From Octopus sinensis (taxonomy: Eukaryota): 64,000 nucleotides of DNA. Every line of letters begins with the position of its first letter. The stretch's first letter is position 1. This document shows, piece after piece, positions 27,255 to 40,800 of the stretch. Where the stretch lies: contig NW_021832532.1 in assembly GCF_006345805.1 (NCBI RefSeq), positions 62,001 to 126,000 of the forward strand. The letters run 5' to 3'. A program made the position numbers and the translations under genes. A model generated the notes under the pieces. The model saw only the letters and a list, made by a program, of their open reading frames with translations, searched no databases and was not told the origin of the DNA.

Positions 27255-28756
27255 GTAAGGATACTGGTTTATTTTTTGCTTTATACTCACAGTCATTCAA
27301 TGTATTTTAACATGAATGTAACTAAATTAAGTCAACCTGTTCTTTAGGCAGTTTCACTTTCCCAAGATGATTCTTAATGCAATTTACTGAGACCAAATTC
27401 ATAGGTTACTGCTTTGATACACAGCCTTCATAACTGATATGTAATCATAAGAATTGCTTCATGCTTGTGTTTAGTCTAAGTTGGTCTCAATGGTTTAAGT
27501 CTACTTAACAGTAGATAGTTACCATGGACATGGGGACATGGGTTGCATTGTTTACTGATGTAACCTGATGATTTTGTTTGTTGTCTGCAGTTCTGAGTTA
27601 ATTTCCTCTGGTTAGCAGGCAATTTTAAATACAGTGAAACTTAATCCTAAAAGAGATTTAGCTTTTACCTACATAATGTTATAGAAACAACAATGGAACA
27701 TTTGCTCTGTGGAGTCTTGAACTACAAAAATGAAGATGAATAATTTGCTCAGCCAAATTTTGATACACCTATCTCTGTCCCTCTATACTTTTAATCACTC
27801 AAATGGCACAAAGCTGCACCCAGTCAATACTATTTCTCCCAGCATGGAAAACAGACTTTGAATAATGATGATGATGATGATATCTATGTATATGGTTCAT
27901 ATATGTATGTGTGTGTCTAGACACACATATAATTGTCTGTAAAGTCACAAGAGGGACTGAAGGATGACAAGTTTAGTGCATGTCATATATCAGATTAACT
28001 TAAAAATCATGAATCCACTCTTTATATTGGAATGATTGATCAAATATTGTTTTAAGCTGGACATTTAGACACATGCACACACTTCTATCACTTTTTCTTG
28101 CCATTCCATATACCTCACTAATTTTCTTCTCTTACTGAAGCAGAAAAATAATTTCCTTCCTTGTACAGTTGTTACTTTTTCTTTTTCCATTTTTTTTCTC
28201 ATTTCATCTCTCACTTCTGTATTAACACCATTTCACACCAATACCCTTATACACACTATTTACATTCCTCCTACTTCTTTCCACCCTCACACTTGCACTC
28301 ACTGCTACCTCCTCGCTTCTATTTTTACTTGCTCACAATATAATTACTCATGTACACCAACCATCCACACATCTCCACTATCCCATGCCATTACATCCAA
28401 CACTTATATTTTGCCAATATAAGAAATTATTATTAGTATAATTTTTTGATTGATAACTAGATCTTTTGGGTTACTTGTCAAATGTCTGGTAATAACATGT
28501 TACAAAAGCTGTCATGAAGGTTTCTCAAAGTTTTTTTCAATTTTATTAAGGCCTTATAAGTTAAAAACAGATTTAGTTTTGTCTTATTAAATAAGTTGTT
28601 GTAGCAAATAATATTCATAACTGCCTGAAAACCAACTCTTTTAATGCACACCTCTGAGTTTCATTGTCTTAAAATATCTTCTCATCTTAAAAAATGTCTT
28701 TTGTATTATTCCTGTTATTCACTATTCTTATAAATGTTTATTTGTTTCAATTTCAG

Positions 28757-28768
28757 CCTGCTGGCCAG
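28757..28768 (+). CDS. Candidate 12-nt micro-exon (PAGQ)
   Basis: tttatttgtttcaatttcag|CCTGCTGGCCAG|gtgagt: strong splice sites and frame-preserving in phase 0. Not needed to join the flanking exons. Confidence 0.25.
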
Positions 28769-28789
28769 GTGAGTTTAACTTTGATTTGA

Positions 28790-29940
28790 TATTTATTCTA
28801 ATGTCTTCCATGATGGTATCCATAATGGTATCAAATATGCTCTTAGAATCTACTTGAAATCAACTCTTTGGGGAAATATAAAATTTGTTGAAGTTGAAAT
28901 TTGCTGGTGATTTTTGTTCCTCTGGCAAGACCTGTGTTGTTGGTGTTTTGTAGCTACTGTGGTAGTGATTGTGGTCAACACGTCTGCTTTTGTTGCGTTG
29001 TTGTCTCTCATGTAGTATTTGCTGTTGGTGTTTTTGCTGGAGACCTCTCTGCTTTCTTTTCTTGGGGTTGCCTCTGTAGTTGGGGTTGCTTCAGTTGTTT
29101 GTGGTGTGAGTGGTGCTTGTATCAAGGGGGTAGTGTACTCCTTCTGTTTTAGTCATGGGCAAAAGGCTTTCAGGTGGTTATTTTGTCCACATTGATAGCA
29201 TCTTGGCCTTCTGTCCTCAACAGTGACGTTCAGCATAGTGCCATCTACAAGCTGAGTTGATCAGCAATTTGTTTCAAAATGTCTTGGTTTATTTAGATCA
29301 TTATTTGAAATTTCTGACCAGTCCTGTTGCTTTTTCATTATTTCTTGACTTGGATAATTCTGATTTTATCCTCCTAGTCAAGAAGGACAGCCATGACAAT
29401 TCAGCAAACATTCATTTCTGATAGTATCTCCAGTATTTTTATCTTGGTGACACTCTGTCCCAAGTATGTTTGAACTAGGATAAGTTCACTGTTTCTCAGT
29501 CGGGCTGTTGAATGCTGTTTTGCTATGCCTTCTGTAGCAAATCTGACTTCAGTTGTGTCATATTTCTTACTTCTCACCAGATAAGTTACGTCTTTTCAAA
29601 TGGGTTGCAAGCATTTTTCAACTGCTTGCTTTCTGGCAGTTTCTATACATCTATTTTTTAATGATATAGTTTTGTACACTATGGCATGTTTGTTCATTTT
29701 CTCTGATGGTGTGTTTATCAAAATGCTTCTTTTGCTTTTTCTTTTTAAAATGTTTCTGTGAGAGCTTCTACTGAAATATTTATAAACTCATTGCTTGGTT
29801 TTGCTATTGAACTGAGAAACCTTGGCTGTTTAATGCATTGGGTTGCTGTTGTTGTTGTTGGGTGTTCAATGTCTTAGAGTTAGTGGTGGTAGTGGGAGCG
29901 CTTGGATTCACAGATTTTGCGACTCTAGTAGCATCCATTA
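28790..29940 (-). mobile_element. Degraded Tx1-type ORF1 (gag-like) remnant without ORF2
   Basis: Hand translation gives EKCLQPI*KDVTYLVRSKKYDTTEVRFATEGIAK... and the CX2CX4HX4C knuckle CYQCGQNNHLKAFC near 29158-29200. Homologous to the ORF1s in the 51-63 kb array; not annotated by the ORF track. Confidence 0.8.
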
Positions 29941-30400
29941 ACTGAATTTCTTGCTCTTTTCCTCCTTTTTTTCTCATTTCTTTTCTTCTTTTTCCTTCTG
30001 ATGCTCAATGTTGCACATGCTAGCAAGACTTTGGTCTTCCCTCTCTCTGCCTTTCTAGGCATGGAGTGGGCAGAGACAGTTAATATTTACATTTTTTGTC
30101 TGTCTTCCAACAACAGAGGGAGGAAGTCAAAAAGAAAGGAAGAGCAGACACTCTTCTCCAAGGCTATTTTTACAAATTTTAAAAATCGAAAAATGAAAAC
30201 TTAGAGATTTTAAACTGAAAATTCGCCCTTAAAGTGGAAAAGTCTCACCTAACCGCTCAGCTCAGAAATGTTGGCCTGGCCACAGAAATGTTGTAAAAAA
30301 TTTTCAGATACAACAATATTATCTGCAAAAATTGCACAAAAACTTGCAGTTCACAAACACATGTCCCCCCTCTTTGAAATCCATGAGCAGAGTCCCAATC

Positions 30401-30402
<2 letters not shown>

Positions 30403-30436
<34 letters not shown>

Positions 30437-30565
30437 TAATAATAACAATAATAATAATGATAATAATGATAATAATATAATAATAACAATAATGATAATA
30501 ATGATAATAATAATGATGATAATAATAATAATAATAATAATAATAAGAAGAAGAAGAAGAAGAAG
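30403..30565. repeat. (TAA)n/(GAA)n compound microsatellite
   Basis: Direct inspection; lies immediately upstream of R4 family 3. Confidence 0.95.
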
Positions 30566-30569
30566 AATT

Positions 30570-33500
30570 TGAAGACCACGTGTTTGTTGAACAACACAGA
30601 AAATCTGTCATTAAAATGAAGCAAGAAGTTCTGAATGAGCTTGCAGTTGTAGGGCATACAACTATGAATGATAGGGAACCACTCTATAAACTCTCAAATG
30701 TACACCACATAAAACACAAATAAAAATTGGCAACTGCATTACACAAGAAATCATACACCAACTAAAACCCGATCTTAATAAATTAAATGAAATTATTTAC
30801 TCTGTCGCTAAGGTAATCCAAAGATGCTGTTTAACACCCAAAAAGGCAACAATACCAAATTTGAAAAGAAAATCAAACTAGAGGAGTAGAATTGAAACTG
30901 AAATTGAATCATTGTGAGGGAGATATCAATATTAACTGAGCGAATCTCTGGAAATGATGTAAGATGAAGAAAAAGCAGGAAGATTGTGAGAAAATATGGA
31001 CACTCAACAAGAGAACTAATGTCAGCGAAAGAAACACTTAAATAAAAAGTTCAAGCAAAATCTCAGATACGCAAATTTGAGAAAAGAATCAAATTCTACA
31101 AACAAAATAAGATGTTCAAATCCAATGCCAAATCATTTTACAGGGGAATAGGGAAAGAAAAAATAACCATTGAAAATCCACCCCTAATGGAAGAAGTTGA
31201 AAACTTTTGGAAGGGGATCTGAAGTGATGAGAAACCATACAATGAAAATGCAGAGTGGATCAAACGCACCCAAGTTGACTACAAAAATCTACAAGAACAG
31301 GTATGGGAAGACATCTCAATCGCCGACCTAAGGAGAGCACTAACGAAGGCTCATAAGTGGAAATCCCCTGGTATTCATAGAGTACCAAATTTCTGGCTCT
31401 CATCCGCACACAAATGTTAGTAATACTATTTAATAGTATTATGAAAGACCCGAAAAAAACACCACATTGGATGGCAAATGGTATTACTTACCTCCTCCCC
31501 CTCCAAATACAAAACGAAAGAACCAAAAAACTACTGGCCTATAACATGTTTATCTACTACCTATAAAATTTTGACATCTATTCTAGTAGAGAAAGCATAT
31601 ACGTCTATGGAAGAGAATAACCTCTTTCCCACTGAACAAAAAGGATGCAGACGAGGCTCATACGGATGCAAAGATCAGCTCCTAATTAATCGCATGATCC
31701 TTGAGAACTGCCATAACAAGCACAGAAATCTCAGCTCTTCATGGATTGATTATAAAAGGCCTTTGACAGCACCGCATTTGTGGATTCTGAAATTGCTGGG
31801 CATTTTCAAAATTTCTCCTGTGATTTCAGATTTTTTAAAGTATATATATGTCACTATGGAACACGAAGCTCCAATTATATCATTCTAATGGAGTATTGCG
31901 CTCAAACAACATTAGCAGAAACTGTGGAATTTTCCAAGGTGACTCACTTTCACCACTAATTTTCTGCATGGCACTAATACCACTCTCAAGTGAACTGAAT
32001 AGAACAGGATATGGCTACAAAATTGACAACAGGAAAATAAGCCATCTATTTTATATGGATGATTTAAGCTATATGGCAAAAATGATGAAGAGCATGAAGG
32101 ATTATTACATACCGTGAAAGGATTCAGTGATGATATCGGGATGGAGTTTGGCCTTGAAAAGTGTGCCAAAGCCACTTTTAAGAAAGGAACTTGGTAAAAT
32201 CTAGTTCAATCGAATTAGATGTCAAACAGTAATAAAGGAACTTGAGCAGGAAGAAACCTACAAATACCTAGGAATAAATGAAGGCTCTGGTATCCAGCAT
32301 GAAAGAGAAGGTTAGGAAGGAATGTTATAGAAGAGTTTGAGCAGTCCTGAAGTCTGAACTGAATGCATATAATAAGGTGTTAGCCATAATTCCTTAGCAG
32401 TACCAGTTGTTCTTTATAGCTTCAATGTGCTTAACTGGAATACCAGTGAAATAATGAAAATTGACAGAAAGATCCGCAAGCTACTGACTTGTAATAAGAT
32501 GCACCATCCAAAGGCAGACGTGGATTGCCTTTACCTTCCCAGAGCTCAGGGAGGTTGTGGTTTGATCCAGCTTGAACTTACATACAAAACCACCGCAATC
32601 GGACTGGCCAAATACCTTGAAGCAACCAACGATTGGATGCTAAAATTTGTTGAAAAACATGAAAGACTGAAAAGACTTTACTCTATTCTCAAAGAGAGCA
32701 AAACATTCGCTGCTGATCTCTTAGATACCCACCAGATTGATTAGGCTGAAGGAGATGCGCCAACTGCAGCTGCAAAGAAAAGAAAATTAATTGCAAAGAC
32801 AAAAGCGCATGAAAATTTAGCTAGGAGATGGGAACAGAAACCTCTCCATGGCAAGTATGTGGCCCATAGCAAACAAGCTGATGTTGACTAGAAACACACG
32901 CACCAATGGTTACGAAGCTCAGGGCTAAAAGCAGAGAGTGAAGGTTTCATATTAGTTGCTCAAGACCAAAGCTTATTAACCCGGAACTACCAAGCCAATG
33001 TGATAAAAAATGGAGCCGACCCAAAATGCAGATTCTGTAACGATGAGATTGAAACAATAGACCACCTAATCTCAGGGTGTAGAGTCTTAGCACCTGCAGA
33101 ATTTAAAGCAAGACATGACAGAGTCGGCCAGTATTTACATTGGACAATATGTCAGTATTATAAAATAAAAACCGCTGACAAATGGTATAACCACCATCCT
33201 GGAGCTGTGACTGAGGGAGAAAATGTGTCGATTCTATGGGACTTCCCCATACAGACCGACAAGACTATAAAAGCTAATAAACCGGATATTATTATAAAAG
33301 ATTAGACAAAAAAGATGTTTATTAATTGACATGAGCATCCCTTGCAATCACAATATAGCAGCAAAAGAATTTGACAAGATTTGTAAATATAAAGACCTGC
33401 TAATAGAAATTGACAAAATGTGGCATCTCTAGGAATGATAAAAAAATGTACTGAAACCTATTTGAAAATGATTCCAGGTTTACCATCCCTACAGGACGTG

Positions 33501-33727
33501 CAAAAATTCGTATTAACTGGAACGGCTCATGTACTGAGAAGAGCATTATCGCTGTGAAAACAACATCCATCCATGAACTTATTTATTTATAAATTTTTAA
33601 ATACATATTTTATCTGTGAATTTGCATGTGTAATCTGGGAATGCATACAATGAGCTACTCTGCCCTAGGTGTATGGAAAACACTCGGCAAGAAACGGAAG
33701 AAAATTTGAAGAAAGGAGGAAAAAACA
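30570..33727 (+). mobile_element. Degraded R4/Dong LINE, family 3
   Basis: YWPITCL, GIFQGDSLSP, YMDD, CRFC..HLISGC, RHD, KPDII. A distinct 3' UTR is followed by (TAA)n, and a long (TAA)n lies upstream. Confidence 0.88.
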
Positions 33728-33759
33728 TAATAATAATAACAATAATAATAATAATAATA

Positions 33760-33791
<32 letters not shown>

Positions 33792-33793
33792 TG

Positions 33794-36415
33794 TTTCTTT
33801 ATTAGCCACACAGGGCTGAACACAGAGGGGACAAAATACAAAGTAGAGCTTTTCTTTTTGGGGAGAAAAAAATGGGGGTAGGTTTTTGACCAAAAGGGAT
33901 CATAAAAAAAACGATCAATAAGTATCATGTATCACAGAAATATCATGATGTAAAGTGTAAAGGGAGAAACAGATAAGGTTTATCCATGGAAAGAAAAGCC
34001 TATGGAAAAGACCATGTTAACCTTGGTCAATAATGTCACATATTAACACATTTATTTGCAAGTAAGTAAATCTCTGTTTTAAATTTTCCTGGGTTCATAG
34101 GATTATGCTCAAGGTGGCTTCATCATTCATACGTGTCATCCTTGCTACATTCACCCATCTTTTTTTGAAACATTCACTAGACAAAACTTGCCTCTCTACT
34201 CTCACTTTGCTTTTCAAGTGATACTTGAAGAAGTTGATGAGAGATTGACCAGAGAGGAAAGTGCTTGTCTCTAATCCTTTCAGACACGTCCACCAGATAC
34301 ATTGTTTCGCCATAGTCACAAGTATGATGAAAATAGCTCTTCCTTCCCATTTGAAGGAAGGAGGCGTGATGATATTGATGATAGACTTGGCTGATAAACT
34401 GACTCATCCCACACGTGACAGCAGTCATTCGACATAAGCTCACAGGTCGGAAATGGTTGGACACTGCACGAGTGCGTGCAGAATGGTTTCATCACTCTGA
34501 CCGCATCTCGGGCAGGTTGGCCCCGTGTTTTCGAGCCATGTCTATAGAGCTTATCCCGAACGGGTAGTGCTTTTCGGTAGCACTGACAGGCCAGGGATCT
34601 CTGGAAGTTGTCCATAGGTCCTAGCCCAAAAGTCGTCTTGAACAGGCAGGTCAGGTATTCCTTTTGACGCCCAGGTTTGCCCTGAGATCATCGTCGTGCC
34701 TCCCCTTCACTAATAGAATGCTTTGGTTGTATTGAAGTTGCTCAAGATCGACCCGCGATGGCATAGTTGCTTGAGAGCAACGCGATACTTGTGGTGCCAT
34801 TCGCCCTTCCTCGGCCTCTCTTTTTGATCCACGACTGCAGTTTGGACATGGAGATGAGCTGCGGGAAAGCGTGCCTCACAAACGGTGACCACACCTGTTC
34901 ACCATCGTCTATGTAGAGCCGGGGGTGTCGCAGTCTCAGCGCATGTCTGTGCATTATCAACCACGGCATGCCCAGCCCTCCTTTTAATGGGTGTTGACAA
35001 CAAATGGATTGCCTGACCATCGGGATGCATCTTTTCCACAAGAAGCAGAAGAGAATGCATTCTAGTTTGGTGATGGTAGGGTCGGGACAAGGCATGACGG
35101 TCAGGCAGTAGTAGATGATGGATGCGATGTATGTGTTTCCACCTCTGCACAACCTTTTAGAGACAGTTTCCTCTCGGCCCATTATCAGGCGAGAGTGACC
35201 ACCCTACTCATTATCTTGTTCCAGTTCTTCTCCATTTGGAGGTCCGAACAAACCAGACCTCGAGCAACTCGACCGGACCATCAATCCAGTGTCCTATGAT
35301 GGAGGCGCTGGTGGACGGCATGGGCTTGGTTCTCCATGTACCGAGCTGCAAGCTCACTAACTTTTCTCGGATGATTATTGCTCCTTTACCACTTCGTAGT
35401 CTTTCAGTGTCTCACCGACCAGCTCCATGTGCTTGTGGCTAGACACTATGATGGACATCGTCCGCGTATGCAGACATGCTTGTCCCGCATCCCAATTCTC
35501 GCAGGATGCCCCTCAGAGTCACCAGAGTCAATACGTATAGAAGTGATGAGAGGGGGGCATCCCTGACGGACCGAATGTGCAATGTCAAAAGGTCTCGATA
35601 GATGTCCATTTATGCAAATTACTGAATGAATGCCTCTGTACAAAGCAGCTATCCAGCTGCAGAAGACGGGACCAAAACCAGCCTCTTTGAGGACAGCCTC
35701 CAAATATTGATGGTCTACCCTATTGAAAGCTTTCAATTGTTCCAAATTGATCTGGGCCCTACCCGTGCCAGGTTCCTTAACTACCTTGTATATGATGTAG
35801 CACATCAGTTGTCATGGATGATGCGTCCTGGCACGGCGCACTTTTGTGCCTTGTTGTCGAGTTTCTCGATGACAAGGCCAACCTTTGGCTAACACCTTGA
35901 CCAAAATTTTCAAGTCTGCATTAAGTAGAGTGATGGGCCTAAAGTTATCTATTACATACCCCTTGTTTAGATCTTTTTTCAGCAGTGTTATGGCTTCTCG
36001 GCTCACAAAACCGGGGATGCTCCCGTTTTGCTGCGAGTTGCAGTACACCGCTGCCAAGAGTCTCCAAACAAGTCTGGCATACAACTGTAAAGCTCATAGG
36101 ATAGACCATACAAACCCGGTGATTTGTCCCTCGAGCATTCTGCCATCGTGTCCTGCACTTCCGCCACGATGATGGCACCTTCGCAGTGCCCTGCCTCTCT
36201 TGTCAAGAGTCATGGCAGGCTATGTATGTAGGTACTGAAGTCCCCCCTGTTTTCTCTCCTGCCACTCGTCCCGAACTGTTGGGCAAAATGCTGTTGAAAA
36301 GCCTCACACATTTTACTTGGCTTGAGTAATTCGTGCCCCTGTTCACCTACCAGAGACCGAATGGTGGCTTTGTTACCTTGTTGCACCTCTGCCACCTGGG
36401 CCTCTCATGTGGTTC
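33794..36415 (-). mobile_element. Degraded 5'-truncated Tx1-type LINE (ORF2 part)
   Basis: NFRPITLLNADLKIL, KAFNRVDH, SVRQGCP, CYRKALPVRDKL. Its 3' terminus at 33794-33842 is homologous to the array termini. Confidence 0.85.
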
Positions 36416-36467
36416 CAAATAATAATGACAATAATAATAATAATAATAATAACAACAACACCAACAC

Positions 36468-36900
36468 CAGATATTCTGCTCAAAACCACAAATTTGCGTG
36501 TTAGTTGTTTGACCTTAATCAGGTGAGCATGTCCATAGTGGCTGACAATATGTGCATCTCTGATCACAAGCGGAGTAATGGGGGAGCATCATAACCATGT
36601 TTTGAGATGGATTCTTTAGGGGCTTGAATAATTCACCCCTGGAAACAAAGGTATTTTTATTTGTCATCCTTAGACCACCCTTATATAGGAACTTTTGAGC
36701 GGGATGGACTAATTGATCTGAAGAAAATTCTAACTGGGTTCCATCTGCAAGACCATGTACTGTCTATTGTGAAATGAGGTCACCATGTTCCACACAATTG
36801 GTTGTGATGCATATGATTGGTGTACCCTTATCAGGTGCATTGTCATGATGATTATATTGCTTTTTCCATATTTGTACCCCAGCATCACTTTGGCATATAC
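36468..36900 (+). mobile_element. Non-coding (TAA)n-associated repeat, copy 3 (5'-truncated, diverged)
   Basis: Homologous to the 3' part of 20137-20660; preceded by (AAT)n(AAC)n. Confidence 0.6.
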
Positions 36901-36909
36901 TGTTCATCA

Positions 36910-37739
36910 TCATCATCACTTAACGTCTGCTTTCCATGCTGGTATGGGTTGGACGATTTGACTGAAAACTGGTGAGCTGCGGGGCTGCACTAGGTTCCAG
37001 TCTGATTTTGCAGGGTTTCTACTACTGGATGCCTTTCCTAATGCCAACCACTCAGAGAGAGTAGTGGGTGCTTTTTACGTGCTACTGGATGGGTGCCATT
37101 GACCTGACATCAGTATCACTCACAATTATGATCTTAATTGGCTTGACAGGTTAACATAAGCACTGTATATTGCCAAGGGTCTTGGTCACCTGACACTGCC
37201 TCCATGGGGTCCAATGCATGAATGTTGCTTTTTATATGCCACCGGCATGGATGCCAGTCAGATGGCATTGGTATTGGTCACGACTCTGATTTCATTCAGT
37301 TCAACAGGTTTTCACAAACACAGCATATTGCCCAGTGATTGAAGGGTGCTTTTAATGGGCCACTTAAATGACATTGGCATCAGCCATGACTATGGTCTCA
37401 CTTGGGTCTTCTCAAGCATGGCATATCGTCAAAGTCTTGGTCATTTGTCATTGTTTCTGTGAGGCCCAGCATTTGAAGATTATGCATCACTACCTCATCC
37501 CACGTCTTCCTGGGTCTATCACTTCCACAGGTTCCCTCCATCATTAGAGTGCAACATTTCTTCACACAGTTGTCCTCATCCATACACATCACATGACCAT
37601 ATCAGTGCAGTCATCTGTCTTGCACACCACATCTGATGCTTCTTATGTCCAACTGTTATCTCAGGAGTGCTTGCACTCTGTTATGCACACACACTGACAT
37701 TACACATCCAATGGAGCATACTAGCTTCATTTCTTTCAA
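36910..37739 (-). mobile_element. RTE LINE 3' portion (continues at 41396-42220)
   Basis: ERNEASMLHWM..., PRKTWDEVV and the RTE tail next to (CAT)n. Confidence 0.8.
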
Positions 37740-37790
37740 TGTTGTTATTATTATTTGTTGTTGTTGTTGTTGTTATTATTATTATTATTA

Positions 37791-37822
<32 letters not shown>

Positions 37823-37823
37823 G

Positions 37824-40800
37824 TTCAGTAGTTTTATTTTTATTGCATGCTTTCACTTCACTACCGAGCGCAGCTCTGTGTGCCTTGGGTATGTGCTGTG
37901 ATTTGTTGTGATGCTCTGATGGTTATTGTATGGAAAGTGTTCTGCGTAGGATGTGTGCAGTGCCTAGTAGTGCAATTTTCTGTATGTTATATGTGTTTGT
38001 AAGTCCTGGTGTTTTTGTTATGTATTTATCGGAATATTTTTTTATCATGCCTCATGCACCTACTATGATAGGAATTGTTTCTTTTTTTTTTATTCCACAT
38101 TCTGGTTACCTCTATTTCCAGGTCTTTGTATTTTGAAAGTTTCTCCATTTCTTTTAGAGATACATTGTCATCTGCCGGTATTGATACATCAATTAGAAAG
38201 CATTTTTTTTTTTATGATCTCTGACAACTATATCTGGTCTGTTGGCATTAATTTCTCTATCTGTGTGTTTCGGCATATCCCAGAGTATGGTTGCTTTCTC
38301 GTTTTCTGTGACCTTTTCTGGTGTGTGCCTATACCATCTTTTTTCTGTTGTTATTCCATAATGTTGGCATAGCTTCCAGTGTATGTAGGTTCCAACTCTG
38401 TCATGTCTGTGAATATATTCCTTCTTAGCCAGGACTGGGCAGCCAGAGATAATATGATTTATTGTTTCTTGTCCATCTCCACATATTCTGCAGTTACTTG
38501 TTATATTTCTTTTCATTACATGTTTTTGGTAATTTCTGGTGGGGAAGCTTTGGTCTTGTGCTGCAATTAAAAATCCCTCTGTCTCTGCTTTGAGTCCTGA
38601 GCTTCCCAACCATTGCTGGGATTTTTCTTTGTCTATTTATTTGCATTTAGTTTAGTGCAGTATTTACCATGAAGGGGCTTTTCTTGCCATCATTTTATCA
38701 TGGTTCTTTGCTGTTCTATTTTTAGTTTGGATTTCATTTGTTTTATAGCTTTTGTTGTTTCTTCTCTTCTTCTTCTTCTTCTTCTTCTTCTTCTTCTTCT
38801 TCTTCTTCATATTTATTAGGTGGTATGATTTCTTGTTTGTATTTGTCAGCTTCCTTAAATACTGAGAACAGTTTTTTGTTTTGCTCGTGTTTTGCCGCTA
38901 TTTGTATCAGTTTTCCTTCCTTCTGAAGTAGATATTTTTGCAGTCCTATGGTGGTTATTTAATAGTAGTTTTTCAGCTGTATAAGGCCTCTACCACCTTC
39001 TATACGTTGTATATATAGTCTTTCTATGTTAGATTTTGGGTGATGCATCCTAGATCCTGTCATTATTTTTCTTGTTTTCCTATCTATTTTGGTCAGTTCA
39101 TTTAGTGTCCAGTTAAGGATATTGTAGCTGTAACTTATAACTGGGACAGCTAAAGTGTTAATACCTATTATCTTGTTTTTAGTATTGAGCTCTGTTTTTA
39201 GTATTGATCTAACTCGTCTATAATATTCTTTTTTTATTTTCTCTTTCATTTGTGTGTGTTGTGTCTTATCTAGTTCATGGATTCCTAAGTATTTGTAAGT
39301 TTGGCTTTGGTCTAATTCTTTTATTTCATTGGTTTTATCTAGTGCGATGTTGCTACTCTTTACTAGTTTTCCTTTTTTCAGGGTTACTTTGGCGCATTTT
39401 TCTAATCCAAATTTCATATCTATTTCTTTGGTAAATCCATGAACTGTCTTTAATAGTGTTTCCAGCTGTTTGTCATTTGCAGCGTATAGTTTTAGGTCAT
39501 CCATATATAAAAGGTGGCTGATCGTTTTGCCGTAACATTTATATCCGCATCCAGTTCTATTTAGCATATCAGATAGAGGTGACAGTGCCAAGCAGAAAAG
39601 GAGTGGAGAGAGCGTGTGTCCCTGGAATATTCCTCTTCTAATGGGGATGTCTTTGGTTTTCATGAGTTCCTCTTTTGTTTGGAGGTGTAGGACTGTTTGC
39701 CATTTATTCATAGAGTGCCCTATGAATTTTGTGATTGTTGGTGCTACTTTGTTAATGGCTAGTGTTTCGAGGATCCATGTGTGGGGGATGCTATCAAACG
39801 TCTTTTTGTAGTCGATCCAGGCCATACTGAGGCCTTTTTTCTTTCTGTGGCTGTCTTCAGTTATGGCTTTATTAATCATTAGTTGATCTTTACAGCCATA
39901 TGAGCCTTTGCGGCATCCTTTCTGCTCTTCTGGAAACAGGTTGTTTTCGTCCAGGTGCTTGTTCAACCTTTGCGATATCACTGCAGTAAATGCCTTGTAC
40001 ATTGTAGGGAGACAGGTTATTGATCTGTAGTTTTCTGGTTTTGCTGTCTCATTTGATTTGGGAATTAAGATGGTTTTCCCCTTCGTGAGCCATTCAGGCA
40101 TTGTCTCTGGCTCTGCTAGTATGCTGTTAAAGTTTTCAGCCAGCTTTTTGTGCATTCCTGTTTGATATTTCAACCAGAAGTTGGGGATCTTGTCATGCCC
40201 AGGTGCCTTCCAGTTGCTTAGTCTTTGCAGTGCCTGGGTGACCTCTTCAGTTGTTATGGGGGTCAAAAGTTGCTCAGATGCTGATTTTGTTGTTTTAATA
40301 CTCCTTTTTTTTTGGTTGTTCGTTTGCCAACCATATTTCTCTCCAGAATCCTTCCATTTCTTCTGCCATTGGTGCTGCAGTGATATCTATTTTATTTTTG
40401 CCAAGTTCTTGGTAGAACTTTTTGGGGTTGGAGTTGAACTTTTTGTTTTGTTCAAGAAGCGCTGCCGTTTCTCGTACTGGTGGATCCTGTGTGCTTTGGC
40501 AAGGATATCTTGCTTCAGCTTTCCTTTTATCTCAGGTAAATCGTTTTCTGTGATGTTATATTTGTGGAGTATTTTTGCTTTCCTTTTGTTGCTCAGTAGC
40601 GTTGATTGTCTACTGATTTCATTAAGAATCGACAGATCTTTTCTCATTTTTTGTATTTTGTTTTGGATGTTATTTATCCACAGGGTTTGTTTGGGTGGTA
40701 GTGCTCCTGTTTGGATGGGTTTGAGTGAGTATCCAGGTTCTTTTGTGGCTGCAGTGGCTGCTGCGTATACTAAGTCATTTAGCTCAGTGATATCGCTTTT

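Noticed and set aside
27105-27347. ORF-track protein MKTNEK...GFSSKQY... as a standalone gene
   Set aside because: It begins in the intronic polypyrimidine tract; only its DADYNPIQEYSLI part belongs to the frameshifted cadherin exon.
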